64,000 nt of DNA from Thauera sp. (lineage in GTDB: Bacteria > Pseudomonadota > Gammaproteobacteria > Burkholderiales > Rhodocyclaceae), in the NCBI RefSeq assembly GCF_035444905.1, contig NZ_DAOMPS010000014.1, forward strand, positions 4,439 to 68,438. Direction: 5' to 3'. Of the stretch, positions 23,437 through 32,253 are shown piece by piece. Each line of letters starts with the position of its first letter. The first letter of the stretch is position 1. The translations under genes were made by a program, and so were the position numbers. The notes under the pieces were generated by a model. The model worked only from the letters and a program-made list of their open reading frames with translations. It was not told the DNA's origin and made no database searches.

Positions 23437-25108
23437 GGGTCGTCACTTCGGCGATCAGGGCCTCAGCCAGATGCGCCTGCTTGGTCTGGGCTGCGGTGAG
23501 GCGGGCCTTGAGGCTGGCGGTCATTGCCTGCAGCTTTTCGACCTGGGCGACGATGCGGGATTGTTCGGCGAGCGGGGGAAGCGCAAAGCGATATGAGAAG
23601 AGCTTCTCTGACTCCAGTTTGCACGTCCCATGCGTTGATCGATCGACCAATGCCAGGATGTCGGACTTGAAACCCCGCATTGCCAAAGCGAGATAGCTGC
23701 TTAGCGATTCCGCATAGGGCGTGAGCGATTTCATGTCCTGATTGATGGTTACCTCCGTCTGCGTAACGCCAACAGGAAACGAGTGCGCAAGAATCATCCC
23801 GCGTACAACGACCAATATGCTGTTTGGTGGAACCAGCGGAAGGCGCGTTTCCTCTAGCGCAGCAGGCGACACGTGGTCAATCGCATCGGCGATCAGGGCA
23901 ACCTTCATGTCCTTTGGACTCACCCACGGAATCGAACCGTCCCAGTAGCGACCTATGTTCTTGCTGGGTGTTGAACCCCCGCCGATCTGGCATAGCTCCG
24001 GAATCGTGACCCACACCCATCCCTCCGGCAGCTCATAGGGCTTTTCGTCGTCGCTGACCGGCAGCAATTGCTTGTCGCGCTTGATCCTCCCTTCCTTGAT
24101 CAGTCGGTCCTTCTCGGCGCGGATCTTCTTGAGCAGCTCGCTGGCGGGCTCGTCGTTCGGGTCTTGCGGGACGAGTTTGCCGCGCACGGCGAGCTGGAGC
24201 AGGGTGGCGTCGAGGCGGTCGATGGATTCGGGCGTGGTGAAAAGGGTGTCGAAATGCGCGGCGAGGTGCTGCCAGTGGCGGCGGAATTCGTCGGCGTCGG
24301 CGGATTCGGCGAGTTGGTCGAGCGCGGCCTCGACCCAGTGCCCCTGCACCCGCGCGGCGTGGCCTTGCTCGGCTTCGAGCCGGTCGCACAGGGCCATGAG
24401 TTCCTCGACCTTGGCGACGATGCGGGATTGTTCGGCAAGTGGGGGGAGAGGCGCGAGCGTCTTCTCCATGCTGTCCTTCGTCATGTGCAACATGGAGACG
24501 CCATGCCCGCCAGCTTTCAGCTCTTGCGTTCTCTCATGCAAGAACGTGTAGAGATACTGCTTGTTCAGGTCTGCCGGACTGTGAAGGTTCAGCTTCCAGA
24601 TGTGGTAGTGGTAAATCGCTTTCGGACCAGACCAGATGAAGGGGCCGAACGAGGCAGACCAGGCGAACAGCAGATCACCCTCCTCGCAATATTTGTCGTC
24701 TTCAAGTGTCAGGTCGGAGTAGTACCAATGGGATGACGTAAACAAATTCCCCACGCGGAGAACGGGGGTGCCAGCTTCGAGTAGTTCGTGCTGTTTGTAG
24801 GCTCGTCCATTCAGCACGGTAACGAGGTCGGCAAGGCGCACCCACTCCCAACCCACGGGGAGTTGGTAGGGTTTTTCATCCTCAAAAATGTCGGGTAGCG
24901 GCTTGTTCCGCTTGATCCTCCCTTCCTTGATCAGCCGATCTTTCTCCGCACGAATCCGCTTCAGCAGCTCGCCCGCCGGCTCGTCGTTTGGGTCCTGCGG
25001 CATCAGGCTGCCACGCACGGCGAGGCTCAGGATCAGTTCGCGCAGCCTGGCGACACCGCCCGCGCTGGTGGCGAGCAGGTCGAAGTTCTCCAGCAGCGCT
25101 GCGCTCAT
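23339..25108 (-). CDS. hsdS: Type I restriction-modification specificity subunit HsdS, with C-terminal tail derived from ParD
   Basis: Track ORF 23339..25873 trimmed to ATG 25108, which forms an ATGA overlap with the hsdM stop. There are two target-recognition domains separated by repeated conserved regions (LPPLAEQSRIVAKVEEL / LPPLAEQSRIVAQVEKL). The tail AALREGENSGPQQPFDLAAFKARMKAEHD matches the ParD C-terminus AALIEGENSGPAQPFDLEAFKARMNAEHR. Confidence 0.9.
   Translation of the reverse strand: MSAALLENFDLLATSAGGVARLRELILSLAVRGSLMPQDPNDEPAGELLKRIRAEKDRLIKEGRIKRNKPLPDIFEDEKPYQLPVGWEWVRLADLVTVLNGRAYKQHELLEAGTPVLRVGNLFTSSHWYYSDLTLEDDKYCEEGDLLFAWSASFGPFIWSGPKAIYHYHIWKLNLHSPADLNKQYLYTFLHERTQELKAGGHGVSMLHMTKDSMEKTLAPLPPLAEQSRIVAKVEELMALCDRLEAEQGHAARVQGHWVEAALDQLAESADADEFRRHWQHLAAHFDTLFTTPESIDRLDATLLQLAVRGKLVPQDPNDEPASELLKKIRAEKDRLIKEGRIKRDKQLLPVSDDEKPYELPEGWVWVTIPELCQIGGGSTPSKNIGRYWDGSIPWVSPKDMKVALIADAIDHVSPAALEETRLPLVPPNSILVVVRGMILAHSFPVGVTQTEVTINQDMKSLTPYAESLSSYLALAMRGFKSDILALVDRSTHGTCKLESEKLFSYRFALPPLAEQSRIVAQVEKLQAMTASLKARLTAAQTKQAHLAEALIAEVTTPIGAALREGENSGPQQPFDLAAFKARMKAEHD
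24078..24200. repeat. hsdS internal repeat, copy 1 (pairs with 24908..25030)
   Basis: CGCTTGATCCTCCCTTCCTTGATCAG...CTCGTCGTTCGGGTC recurs at 24908 with roughly 75-80% identity by eye. It encodes RGxLxPQDPNDEPAxELLKxIRAEKDRLIKEGRIKR. Confidence 0.75.
24908..25030. repeat. hsdS internal repeat, copy 2
   Basis: See 24078..24200. Confidence 0.75.
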
Positions 25109-26574
25109 GCCTGCCCCTCGAGCGCGGCGGCGAGGATGGCCTTGAGTTCGTCGCGCGTGGTCTGGATCTGGGCCTGCAGCGCGGTGTACTGCGCAAGCAG
25201 TTCCTGCGGGTCGTGGCTGTCTTCCTCGGGGTGGTGCGGGTTCTTGATGTCGAGGTTGAAGTTGCGCGCGCGCAGCTCGTCGATGCTGACCTTCCAGGCG
25301 AACTCGGTCTCGACGCGGGCGGCGAAGCCATCTTCTTCCGTGCCCCACCAGGCTTTCTCGGCAGCGAATTCCTCGATGCGGATGGGCTTGGTCTTGGAGT
25401 AGCTCTTGTAGCCGGCGGGGTAGGGGTGCTCGTAGTACCAGACGTGCTCGGTGGGCCGGCCCTTGGTGAAGAACAGCAGGTTGGTCTTGATGCCGGTGTA
25501 GGGCGCGAACACGCCGTTGGGCAGGCGCACGATGGTGTGCAGGTTGCACTCGGTGAGCAGGCGCTCCTTGATGCGGGTCTTCACGCCTTCGCCGAACAAG
25601 GTACCGTCGGGCAGCACCACCGCCGCGCGGCCGCCGTCCTTGAGCAGGTGCATGATCAGCACCAGGAAGAGGTCGGCGGTTTCCTTGGTGCGGATGTCGG
25701 CGGGGAAGTTGGCCTCGATGCCGGGTTCCTCGGTGCCACCGAAGGGCGGGTTGGTGAGGATGACGTCGACGCGGTCGGCCGGGCGGTAGTCGCGCAGCGG
25801 GCGCGACAGGGTGTTGTCGTGGCGGATCTGGCTGGGCACTTCGATGCCGTGCAGTAGCATGTTGGTGACGCACAGCAGGTGCGGGAGCTGCTTCTTCTCG
25901 ACGCCCGACACCGCGCGTTGCCAGGTGTGGCGATCCTCGACCGTGCGGATCTGGTCGCGCAGGTGCTCGAGCGTGCAGGCGAGGAAGCCGCCGGTGCCGC
26001 AGGCGGGGTCGAGCATGCGCTCGCCGAGTCGGGGATTGACCTGGTCGACCATGAACTGGGTGACCGCGCGCGGGGTGTAGAACTCGCCCGCGTTGCCAGC
26101 GCTCTGCAGGTCCTTGAGGATCTTTTCGTAGAGGTCGTTGAAGAGGTGGCGCTCGGCCTGGTCGTTGAAGTCGATCTCGTTGATCTTGTTGATGACCTGG
26201 CGCAGCAGCTGGCCGGACTTCATGTAGTTGTAGGCGTCCTCGAACACCGACTGCACGACGTAGCCGCGCGGGTTGCGCGCGGGGTCGGCGGCGAGGCCTT
26301 TCATGCCGGGGAAGAGTTCGGTGTTGATGAAATCCTGCAGATCGTCGCCGGTGATGCCTTCGGCGTCCGCCGCCCAGTTGCGCCAGCGCAGCGGCTCGGG
26401 GATGGGCGAGCGGTAGCGGTCGTGCATCAGCTCGAGCTCGGTCTCCTGGTCGTCGAAGATCTTGAGGAAGAGCAGCCAGCTGAGCTGCGACAGGCGTTGG
26501 GCGTCGCCGTCGACGCCGGCGTCTTGCCGCATGATGTCCTGGATGGATTTGATGAGGGTGGTGCTGATTGCCAT
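25105..26574 (-). CDS. hsdM: Type I restriction-modification N6-adenine methyltransferase subunit HsdM
   Basis: 489 aa with an HsdM_N-like start, the SAM motif DPACGTGGFL and the catalytic NPPFGG. Confidence 0.95.
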   Translation of the reverse strand: MAISTTLIKSIQDIMRQDAGVDGDAQRLSQLSWLLFLKIFDDQETELELMHDRYRSPIPEPLRWRNWAADAEGITGDDLQDFINTELFPGMKGLAADPARNPRGYVVQSVFEDAYNYMKSGQLLRQVINKINEIDFNDQAERHLFNDLYEKILKDLQSAGNAGEFYTPRAVTQFMVDQVNPRLGERMLDPACGTGGFLACTLEHLRDQIRTVEDRHTWQRAVSGVEKKQLPHLLCVTNMLLHGIEVPSQIRHDNTLSRPLRDYRPADRVDVILTNPPFGGTEEPGIEANFPADIRTKETADLFLVLIMHLLKDGGRAAVVLPDGTLFGEGVKTRIKERLLTECNLHTIVRLPNGVFAPYTGIKTNLLFFTKGRPTEHVWYYEHPYPAGYKSYSKTKPIRIEEFAAEKAWWGTEEDGFAARVETEFAWKVSIDELRARNFNLDIKNPHHPEEDSHDPQELLAQYTALQAQIQTTRDELKAILAAALEGQA

Positions 26575-26620
26575 GGTGCCTTTGGTTGCTTGAGGTGCTG
26601 CGGCGGGTCGTCCGCGTCCT

Positions 26621-26651
26621 TTGCCGGCGATTTTGCCGGTTTTCTTGCCGG
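26621..26651. repeat. Three TTGCCGG heptamers at 12-bp phase
   Basis: TTGCCGG at 26621, 26633 and 26645, in the hsdR-hsdM spacer just upstream of the hsdM start. Confidence 0.7.
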
Positions 26652-26721
26652 CTACGTCACTTCCGGAAGCCTTGTCCGTACTGGGATGCCGGCACGATCT
26701 GACGTCTGAACTCCCGATTTC

Positions 26722-26752
26722 TTGCCGGTTGTTCTGCCGGTTAGTTTGCCGG
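26722..26752. repeat. Three (T/C)TGCCGG heptamers at 12-bp phase
   Basis: TTGCCGG at 26722, CTGCCGG at 26734 and TTGCCGG at 26746. The last copy lies inside the final codons of hsdR. Confidence 0.7.
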
Positions 26753-29086
26753 CTGCTGGTACAGCCCGCGCTCTAGCTCGCGGATGGCGCCGAGGTAAGC
26801 GGGCTTGCCGCCGAAGGCCTTGATGATCTGGGAGACGGAGCCGAGCGCATCGAAGGGCTGGAGCTGCAGCACTTCCATGCTTTCCACCTCGGTGATGCCG
26901 GCGTCGGCGTACTTGTCGAGCAGCAGCTCCAGCACCTTGCGCGCGGTGCCTTCGTAGCGGGTGAAGTAATCGCGCTTGCGGACGTTGTCGGCGCGCTCGC
27001 GGCGGGTGAGTGGCTTGCGGCCGAAGGCGATGTGGCAGACGAGGTCGAAGGGGTCGAGCGCCTTGCCGGTCTCCTTGGCAAGCTCCTCGAAGAGGATGCC
27101 CTGGTTTTCCAGTTCGGCGATGACGGCAGCCTTGCGGTCGGCGTCGTTCCAGGTCTTGAGGAAATCGTCGAGCGAGGCGAAGCGCTTGCCGATCTGGATG
27201 CGGGTGTAGTCGCGCAGCGATTCGGTGATGAGGCGGCCGTCGGTGCCGTAGTACTGCACGCGCTCGTTCACCACATAGACCGGCACGTCCTTGATGACGT
27301 ACTTGATGCGTTCGCCGCCAGTCGTGGGAGCTTCGGGAAGCTCGCCGGGCTGGCCCCGAGTCTCCTGGTCCGGTGGCGGCGGGTCCTCCGGCGGCACAAC
27401 GGGCTCATCGCCACTCGGGTTGTAGATGACCGCCGGCTCGCCATCGAAGGCCGGGTCGGCAAACAGTTCGGTCGCGCGCTTGAAGTCGAGGATGGAGAAC
27501 CAGAGCTTGCCGTACTCCTCGTCGATGCGGGTGCCGCGGCCGATGATCTGCTTGAACTCGGTCATCGAGTTGATGGTGCGATCGAGCACGACGAGCTTGC
27601 AGGTCTTGGCGTCGACGCCGGTGGTCATGAGCCGGCTGGTGGTGGCGATGACCGGGTACGGCTTTTCGGGGTCGATGAAGTTGTCGAGCTCGAGCTTGCC
27701 CTCGAGGTTGTCGCCGGTGATCTGCATCACGTACTTGGGGTTGCGGCTGGCGAGGTCGGCGTTGGCGTTGATCAGCGCCTGGCGCATGCGCGCGGCGTGG
27801 TCGATGTCCTCGCAGAACACGACGGTCTTGGCCATGCGGTCCGTGCCGCGGAGGAATTCGCTGATGCGCCGGGCGACGGCCTCGTCGCGCTGGGTGAGCA
27901 CCAGCGTGCGGTTCATGTCGCCCTGGTTGTAGATGCGGTCCTCGACGAGCTGGCCCCTGGAATCGAGCTTGCCGGCCTGCGGTCGCCAGCCGAGGTCCTT
28001 GTCGAGATCGACGCGGATGACCTTGTAGGGGGCGAGAAAGCCGTCCTCGATGCCCTGCTTGAGCGAGTAGGTGTAGACCGGCTCGCCGAAGTAGCTGATG
28101 TTGGAGACCTCTTCGGTTTCCTTGGGCGTGGCGGTGAGCCCGAGATGCACGGCGCCGCTGAAGTAGTCGAGCACCGCGCGCCAGGCGGAGTCCTCGGCCG
28201 CGCTGCCGCGGTGGCATTCGTCGATGACGACGAGGTCGAAGAAATCCGGGCTGAACTGGCGGTAGATGTTCTTCTCTTCCTCGCTGCCGGTGACGGCCTG
28301 ATAGAGCGAGAGGTAGATCTCGTAGGACTTGTCGATCGAGCGGTTCTCGATCTTGGTCATCGCGCCGCCGAAGGGCTTGAAGTCGTTGCTCTTGGTCTGG
28401 TCGACGAGGATGTTGCGGTCGGCGAGGAAGAGGATGCGGCTGTTGGGGTGCGACTTCCAGAACCGCCAGATGATCTGGAAGGCGGTGTACGTCTTGCCGG
28501 TGCCGGTCGCCATGACGAGCAGGACGCGGTCCTGCCCCTTGGCGATGGCCTCGATGGCGCGGTTGACCGCTGTCGTCTGGTAGTAGCGCGGCTGCTTGCC
28601 GGTGTTGTGGTAGTCCTGCGCGTAGACCGGGGCGATATCGGCGCCGATGCCTTTCCAGGCCAGATAGCGCTGCCACAGCACCTCGGGAGACGGGAAGTCG
28701 CTCAGCGCGATCTCGGTTTCGAGGGCGCCATCGGTGCGCGTCCTGTCGTGGAAGACGAAGCCGTCACCGTTGCTGGAGAAGGCGAAGGGCACGTCGAGCA
28801 TCGTCGCGTAGTCCAGCGCCTGCTGGATGCCGTCGCGCATCGAGTGGTTGTTGTCCTTGGCTTCAACGACGGCGAGCGGCAGACCCGGCTTGTAGTAGAG
28901 GACGTAGTCCGCGCGCCGGATGCTGTTCTTGTCGCGCCTCCCGGTCTGCCCGCGCACAACGACGCGGCCGTCGGTGAGCCGGACTTCCTCGCGCACCTGC
29001 AGCTCGGTGTTCCACTGCGCCGCAGCGATCGCCGGGGTGATGTACTGGGTGCAGATGTCGCGTTCGGACAGCGTCTTCTTGGTCAT
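26741..29086 (-). CDS. hsdR: Type I restriction endonuclease subunit HsdR
   Basis: Track ORF 26741..29137 trimmed to ATG 29086 ([20 protein letters not shown]). It has an N-terminal nuclease region (ADYVLYY...VVEAKD), Walker A MATGTGKT and a DEAH-type VIDECHRGS. Confidence 0.93.
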   Translation of the reverse strand: MTKKTLSERDICTQYITPAIAAAQWNTELQVREEVRLTDGRVVVRGQTGRRDKNSIRRADYVLYYKPGLPLAVVEAKDNNHSMRDGIQQALDYATMLDVPFAFSSNGDGFVFHDRTRTDGALETEIALSDFPSPEVLWQRYLAWKGIGADIAPVYAQDYHNTGKQPRYYQTTAVNRAIEAIAKGQDRVLLVMATGTGKTYTAFQIIWRFWKSHPNSRILFLADRNILVDQTKSNDFKPFGGAMTKIENRSIDKSYEIYLSLYQAVTGSEEEKNIYRQFSPDFFDLVVIDECHRGSAAEDSAWRAVLDYFSGAVHLGLTATPKETEEVSNISYFGEPVYTYSLKQGIEDGFLAPYKVIRVDLDKDLGWRPQAGKLDSRGQLVEDRIYNQGDMNRTLVLTQRDEAVARRISEFLRGTDRMAKTVVFCEDIDHAARMRQALINANADLASRNPKYVMQITGDNLEGKLELDNFIDPEKPYPVIATTSRLMTTGVDAKTCKLVVLDRTINSMTEFKQIIGRGTRIDEEYGKLWFSILDFKRATELFADPAFDGEPAVIYNPSGDEPVVPPEDPPPPDQETRGQPGELPEAPTTGGERIKYVIKDVPVYVVNERVQYYGTDGRLITESLRDYTRIQIGKRFASLDDFLKTWNDADRKAAVIAELENQGILFEELAKETGKALDPFDLVCHIAFGRKPLTRRERADNVRKRDYFTRYEGTARKVLELLLDKYADAGITEVESMEVLQLQPFDALGSVSQIIKAFGGKPAYLGAIRELERGLYQQPAN

Positions 29087-29205
29087 GAGCCCGGAATGAT
29101 CTGGCGTTGAGCTTGGCGGGGATGATGACAGCAACAAGCGCGCAGAGGCAAAGGTGACGGGGGCGTTGCAGGGATGGCGGGTGTAACCCGCCTTCGTTCG
29201 TCCGC

Positions 29206-30501
29206 TTACTGCGGGGACGCGGGGCTGTCGCCCTCGCGCGAGGCGGGTGCGCTCAGCTTGCGGAGCGTCAGCGCGCAGCGTTGTTCGATCAAGGCGACGA
29301 TTCTTTCAACGACGCCGTTCCCGGCAAAACCATTCGCGCGGTCGGACTGGAGCGCACGCGCGGCGCGGGGCAGCGAGTTCGTCAGTTCCAGGATGCGCCG
29401 CCGCGCCTGTGCCTTGGCAAGACCGGCGCCCTCGGCGAACTGGTCCCAGTGCCGGGCCTCGACTTCGCTGAACTTGTACTTGCTGCCGATCTTCATCGCC
29501 ATCTTGGGCGTCAAGGTCGGATAGACGGCGGTGGAGAGCGCGTCGTAGAGCGGGGCCAGGACCGGTGCCCTGCCGGAGTAGAGCAGGGAGAAGTTCTTGG
29601 CGTGCGCGTCGTGATTGCCGATGAGCGCGTTGAAGATGACGTAATCGAACAGGCGCAGCACCTGTGGCGCGCTCGGGCGCGTCGCACGGCGTACCAGATC
29701 GAAGCATTGCGCCAGATCCGGCCCGCCCTCGTTCTGGTACTTCATCTCGGGCACCACGCCGAGTGCCTGGCAGAAGTCTTCCTGGTGGAGGCGTCGCCGG
29801 CGCCCCTGTGGATCCAGCACACGGTCGTAGCGTTCGACCAGCAGGAAGGGGCGATGCAATACGGCATGGACGCTCGCCTTCGCCGGCTCGAGCTGCAGGG
29901 CCTCTGCCAGCGCCATGCAGAATCCTTCGTTGACCACGCTGTCCTCGACGGCGGGGATGGCCGGTTTGAGGATGTGCGAGCTCGGGCTACCGTTGAGGGG
30001 GAGGCCGAGGCGAGTGCCGTCGAAGACCACCGGCAGCTTGTCCTGGGCGCCCGCCAGCGAGAGCCGCAAGCCGTCCTTGCCCGCCAGCATCGGGCGACGA
30101 GGCAGCTCGTCCAGTACGGCGACGACTTCCTCCTCACTCAGCCATTGAACGTCGTCGGCCTGCGCGGGCGCCGGGAGACTCTGCCCGGGTGCCAGGAAGG
30201 TCACGGCGCCGGCACATTCGCCGCCGATGTGGTCGAGCAGGGCGAAGTCGTTCTGGCCCGAGACCTGGAACTGCCGCGCGATCAGGCGACGCATCTGTCC
30301 TTCCGGCAGCAGGCCGGCAAAGAAGGGGCGCGTCGCACGATCGTCGAACGGCTCGGCCCGCAGGGGCAGCGAGTGCGACAGGGCGACAGCGGTTGACCGC
30401 GACAGCCAGCCGGGGGCGTAGCAAAAGCCGAGGCGCCCATCGACCAGCGCGAGCGTGCCGACGTGGTCGGAGAACAGCCAGACCTCCAGCTCATGCGTCA
30501 T
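29206..30501 (-). CDS. hipA: HipA-family serine/threonine kinase toxin
   Basis: 431 aa with [11 protein letters not shown], the catalytic loop [13 protein letters not shown] and LAPLYDALS. It overlaps the hipB stop by 11 nt. Confidence 0.92.
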   Translation of the reverse strand: MTHELEVWLFSDHVGTLALVDGRLGFCYAPGWLSRSTAVALSHSLPLRAEPFDDRATRPFFAGLLPEGQMRRLIARQFQVSGQNDFALLDHIGGECAGAVTFLAPGQSLPAPAQADDVQWLSEEEVVAVLDELPRRPMLAGKDGLRLSLAGAQDKLPVVFDGTRLGLPLNGSPSSHILKPAIPAVEDSVVNEGFCMALAEALQLEPAKASVHAVLHRPFLLVERYDRVLDPQGRRRRLHQEDFCQALGVVPEMKYQNEGGPDLAQCFDLVRRATRPSAPQVLRLFDYVIFNALIGNHDAHAKNFSLLYSGRAPVLAPLYDALSTAVYPTLTPKMAMKIGSKYKFSEVEARHWDQFAEGAGLAKAQARRRILELTNSLPRAARALQSDRANGFAGNGVVERIVALIEQRCALTLRKLSAPASREGDSPASPQ

Positions 30502-30751
30502 GGCCGCTGCCCTCGGTGGCGTGATCGGCTTCTAATGCGGGCAAACCGTCCAATTGGAGCTCTCCCCCCAGCGCATCGATCACCCGCAGGACGTTCTCCA
30601 GCCTTACGGTCGGCTTGCCCGCTTCGAGGTCGACGATGAAGCGCACGCCCACGCCCGCGGCCAGCGCCAGCTGAGGCTGGGTCAGGCCGAGTTGCTTGCG
30701 GGCGGCACGCAGGGCGTCGCCGAGTTGCTGGGGGGAGCGGATGGATGTCAT
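30491..30751 (-). CDS. hipB: HipB-type XRE-family HTH antitoxin
   Basis: 86 aa: LGDALRAARKQLGLTQPQLALAAGVGVRFIVDLEAGKPTVRL. Confidence 0.88.
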   Translation of the reverse strand: MTSIRSPQQLGDALRAARKQLGLTQPQLALAAGVGVRFIVDLEAGKPTVRLENVLRVIDALGGELQLDGLPALEADHATEGSGHDA

Positions 30752-30763
30752 GGCTTTCCTCGG

Positions 30764-30781
30764 ATTTCCCGTTCGGGAAAT
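30764..30781. promoter_or_regulatory. hipBA operator-like palindrome 1
   Basis: ATTTCCCGttCGGGAAAT, 13 bp upstream of the hipB start. Confidence 0.6.
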
Positions 30782-30814
30782 TATGGACTGGGCTTCTGCT
30801 TTGCGCCAGCGATA

Positions 30815-30830
30815 TTTCCCGATCGGGAAA
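30815..30830. promoter_or_regulatory. hipBA operator-like palindrome 2
   Basis: TTTCCCGATCGGGAAA, a perfect 16-bp palindrome. Its centre is 50 bp from palindrome 1. Confidence 0.6.
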
Positions 30831-30863
30831 CATAGGCTCAGAGAGCCGCATCAGGAGGGAGAG

Positions 30864-30880
30864 ATTTACCGATCGGGAAT
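30864..30880. promoter_or_regulatory. hipBA operator-like palindrome 3
   Basis: ATTTACCGATCGGGAAT. Its centre is 50 bp from palindrome 2. Confidence 0.55.
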
Positions 30881-30897
30881 CCGCCACTGCTGTGGCC

Positions 30898-30913
30898 CCG
30901 TCCGTTTTGACGA
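30898..30913. promoter_or_regulatory. Degenerate copy of recurring palindrome (CCGTC-N6-GACGA)
   Basis: CCGTCcgttttGACGA lies 28 bp upstream of ATG 30941, or 61 bp upstream of the alternative GTG 30974. TATAAA follows at about 30935. Confidence 0.3.
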
Positions 30914-30940
30914 TGCCGGGCTAGCCCGACCCCCCTATAA

Positions 30941-31759
30941 ATGACGGCGTATCCACCCTTCGAGGTTCACGCCGTGAGAGAAGCGCCTTCCTATGTCCCC
31001 GGTCACCAGCTGCTCGCTGGCAAGTCCGTCCTGATCACCGCCGCCGCCGGAGCCGGCATCGGCTTTGCCGCCGCGCGCAAGTGCGCCGAAGAAGGCTGCC
31101 GCGCGCTGATGATCTCCGACATCCATCCGCGCCGCCTGGAAGAGGCGGTCGCCAAGCTCAAGGCCGACACCGGGCTGCAGCACGTCTGGGGCCAGCTGTG
31201 CAACGTCACCAATGAAGAAGGGGTGCAGGCCCTGGTCGCCGCGGCCGAGGACAAGCTCGGCGGCGTCGACGTGCTGATCAACAACGCCGGCCTGGGTGGC
31301 GAGAAGCGCGTCACCGAGATGACGGATGACGAGTGGAGCCGGGTGCTCGACATCACGCTCACCGGCACCTTCCGCATGACGCGCGCGATGCTCCCGCACA
31401 TGGAAAAGCGCGGTCGCGGCGCGATTGTGAACAACGCCTCGGTGCTGGGCTGGCGCGCGCAGAAGGGCCAGGCCCACTACGCCGCCGCCAAGGCCGGCGT
31501 GATGGCGCTGACGCGCTGCTCGGCGGTCGAGGCGGCCGAGCACGGCGTGCGCATCAACGCGGTGTCGCCGTCGATCGCGCTGCACGAGTTCCTGAAGAAG
31601 GCCTCGAGCGAGGAGCTGCTCGCCCAACTCGCCAGCCGCGAGGCCTTCGGCCGTGCCGCCGAGGTGTGGGAAGTGGCCAACGTGATGGTCTTCCTCGCCA
31701 GCGACTACGCCTCGTACATGACGGGCGAAGTGCTCTCCGTCAGCTCGCAGCACGCTTGA
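30941..31759 (+). CDS. Short-chain dehydrogenase/reductase (SDR)
   Basis: It has ITAAAGAGIGFAAA, NNAGLGG and YAAAKAGVMAL. In-frame GTG 30974 is a possible alternative start. Confidence 0.87.
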   Translation: MTAYPPFEVHAVREAPSYVPGHQLLAGKSVLITAAAGAGIGFAAARKCAEEGCRALMISDIHPRRLEEAVAKLKADTGLQHVWGQLCNVTNEEGVQALVAAAEDKLGGVDVLINNAGLGGEKRVTEMTDDEWSRVLDITLTGTFRMTRAMLPHMEKRGRGAIVNNASVLGWRAQKGQAHYAAAKAGVMALTRCSAVEAAEHGVRINAVSPSIALHEFLKKASSEELLAQLASREAFGRAAEVWEVANVMVFLASDYASYMTGEVLSVSSQHA

Positions 31760-31769
31760 GGGCGCGGCG

Positions 31770-32231
31770 ATGACCATGGTTTTCTCCAGCGCCGAGCAGC
31801 TGGTCGCGGCCGAGGGCCAGGACCTGGGCACGACCGACTGGGTCGCGCTCGACCAGGACCGCATCAACCAGTTTGCGGATGCCACCGACGACCACCAGTG
31901 GATCCACGTCGACCCTGTGCGCGCCAAGGACGGCCCGTTCGGCGCCTGCATCGCGCACGGCTACCTGACGCTGGCGCTCGCCAGCCTGTTCCTGCCGCAG
32001 CTGATCCGCGCCGACAAGCTGAAGATGGGCGTGAACGTCGGCTGCGACCGCGTGCGCTTTCCGGCGCCGGTCAAGGCCGGCGCGCGCATCCGCGGCCGCG
32101 GCGAGATCCTCAAGGTCGAGCGCGTTAAGGACGCGGTGCAATCCACCGTGCGCGTGACCATCGAGATCGAGGGCAGCGAGCGCCCGGGCTGCGTGGTCGA
32201 CACCATCAGCCGCTACACCTTCAACGATTGA
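31770..32231 (+). CDS. MaoC-like (R)-specific enoyl-CoA hydratase (hot-dog fold)
   Basis: It has [25 protein letters not shown] and [14 protein letters not shown]. Confidence 0.88.
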   Translation: MTMVFSSAEQLVAAEGQDLGTTDWVALDQDRINQFADATDDHQWIHVDPVRAKDGPFGACIAHGYLTLALASLFLPQLIRADKLKMGVNVGCDRVRFPAPVKAGARIRGRGEILKVERVKDAVQSTVRVTIEIEGSERPGCVVDTISRYTFND

Positions 32232-32253
32232 ATTCCCGAGAGAGAGCATCGCC

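Noticed and set aside
23339-25873. 844-aa ORF suggesting a giant HsdS or an HsdM-HsdS fusion
   Set aside because: The first roughly 255 residues are Arg/Pro/His-rich nonsense read out of frame across the 3-prime part of hsdM. The genuine HsdS starts at ATG 25108, which overlaps the hsdM stop.
26621-26752. Could the TTGCCGG repeats be a CRISPR array or minisatellite?
   Set aside because: The units are only 7 bp at 12-bp spacing, with three copies per set and no cas genes. That is far too short for CRISPR. They are kept as an unexplained phased repeat instead.
29176-29192. Hairpin GGCGGGT-gta-ACCCGCC between hipA stop and hsdR start as hipBA terminator
   Set aside because: On the minus strand, which is the transcribed strand of hipBA, no U-tract follows. 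On the + strand it has only TTCGTT and no upstream gene. Its function is unclear.
21002-30890. Island as an integrative mobile element or prophage remnant
   Set aside because: No integrase, transposase, tRNA target, phage structural gene or terminal direct or inverted repeat was found at the borders. Only the internal parDE-derived repeat is present.
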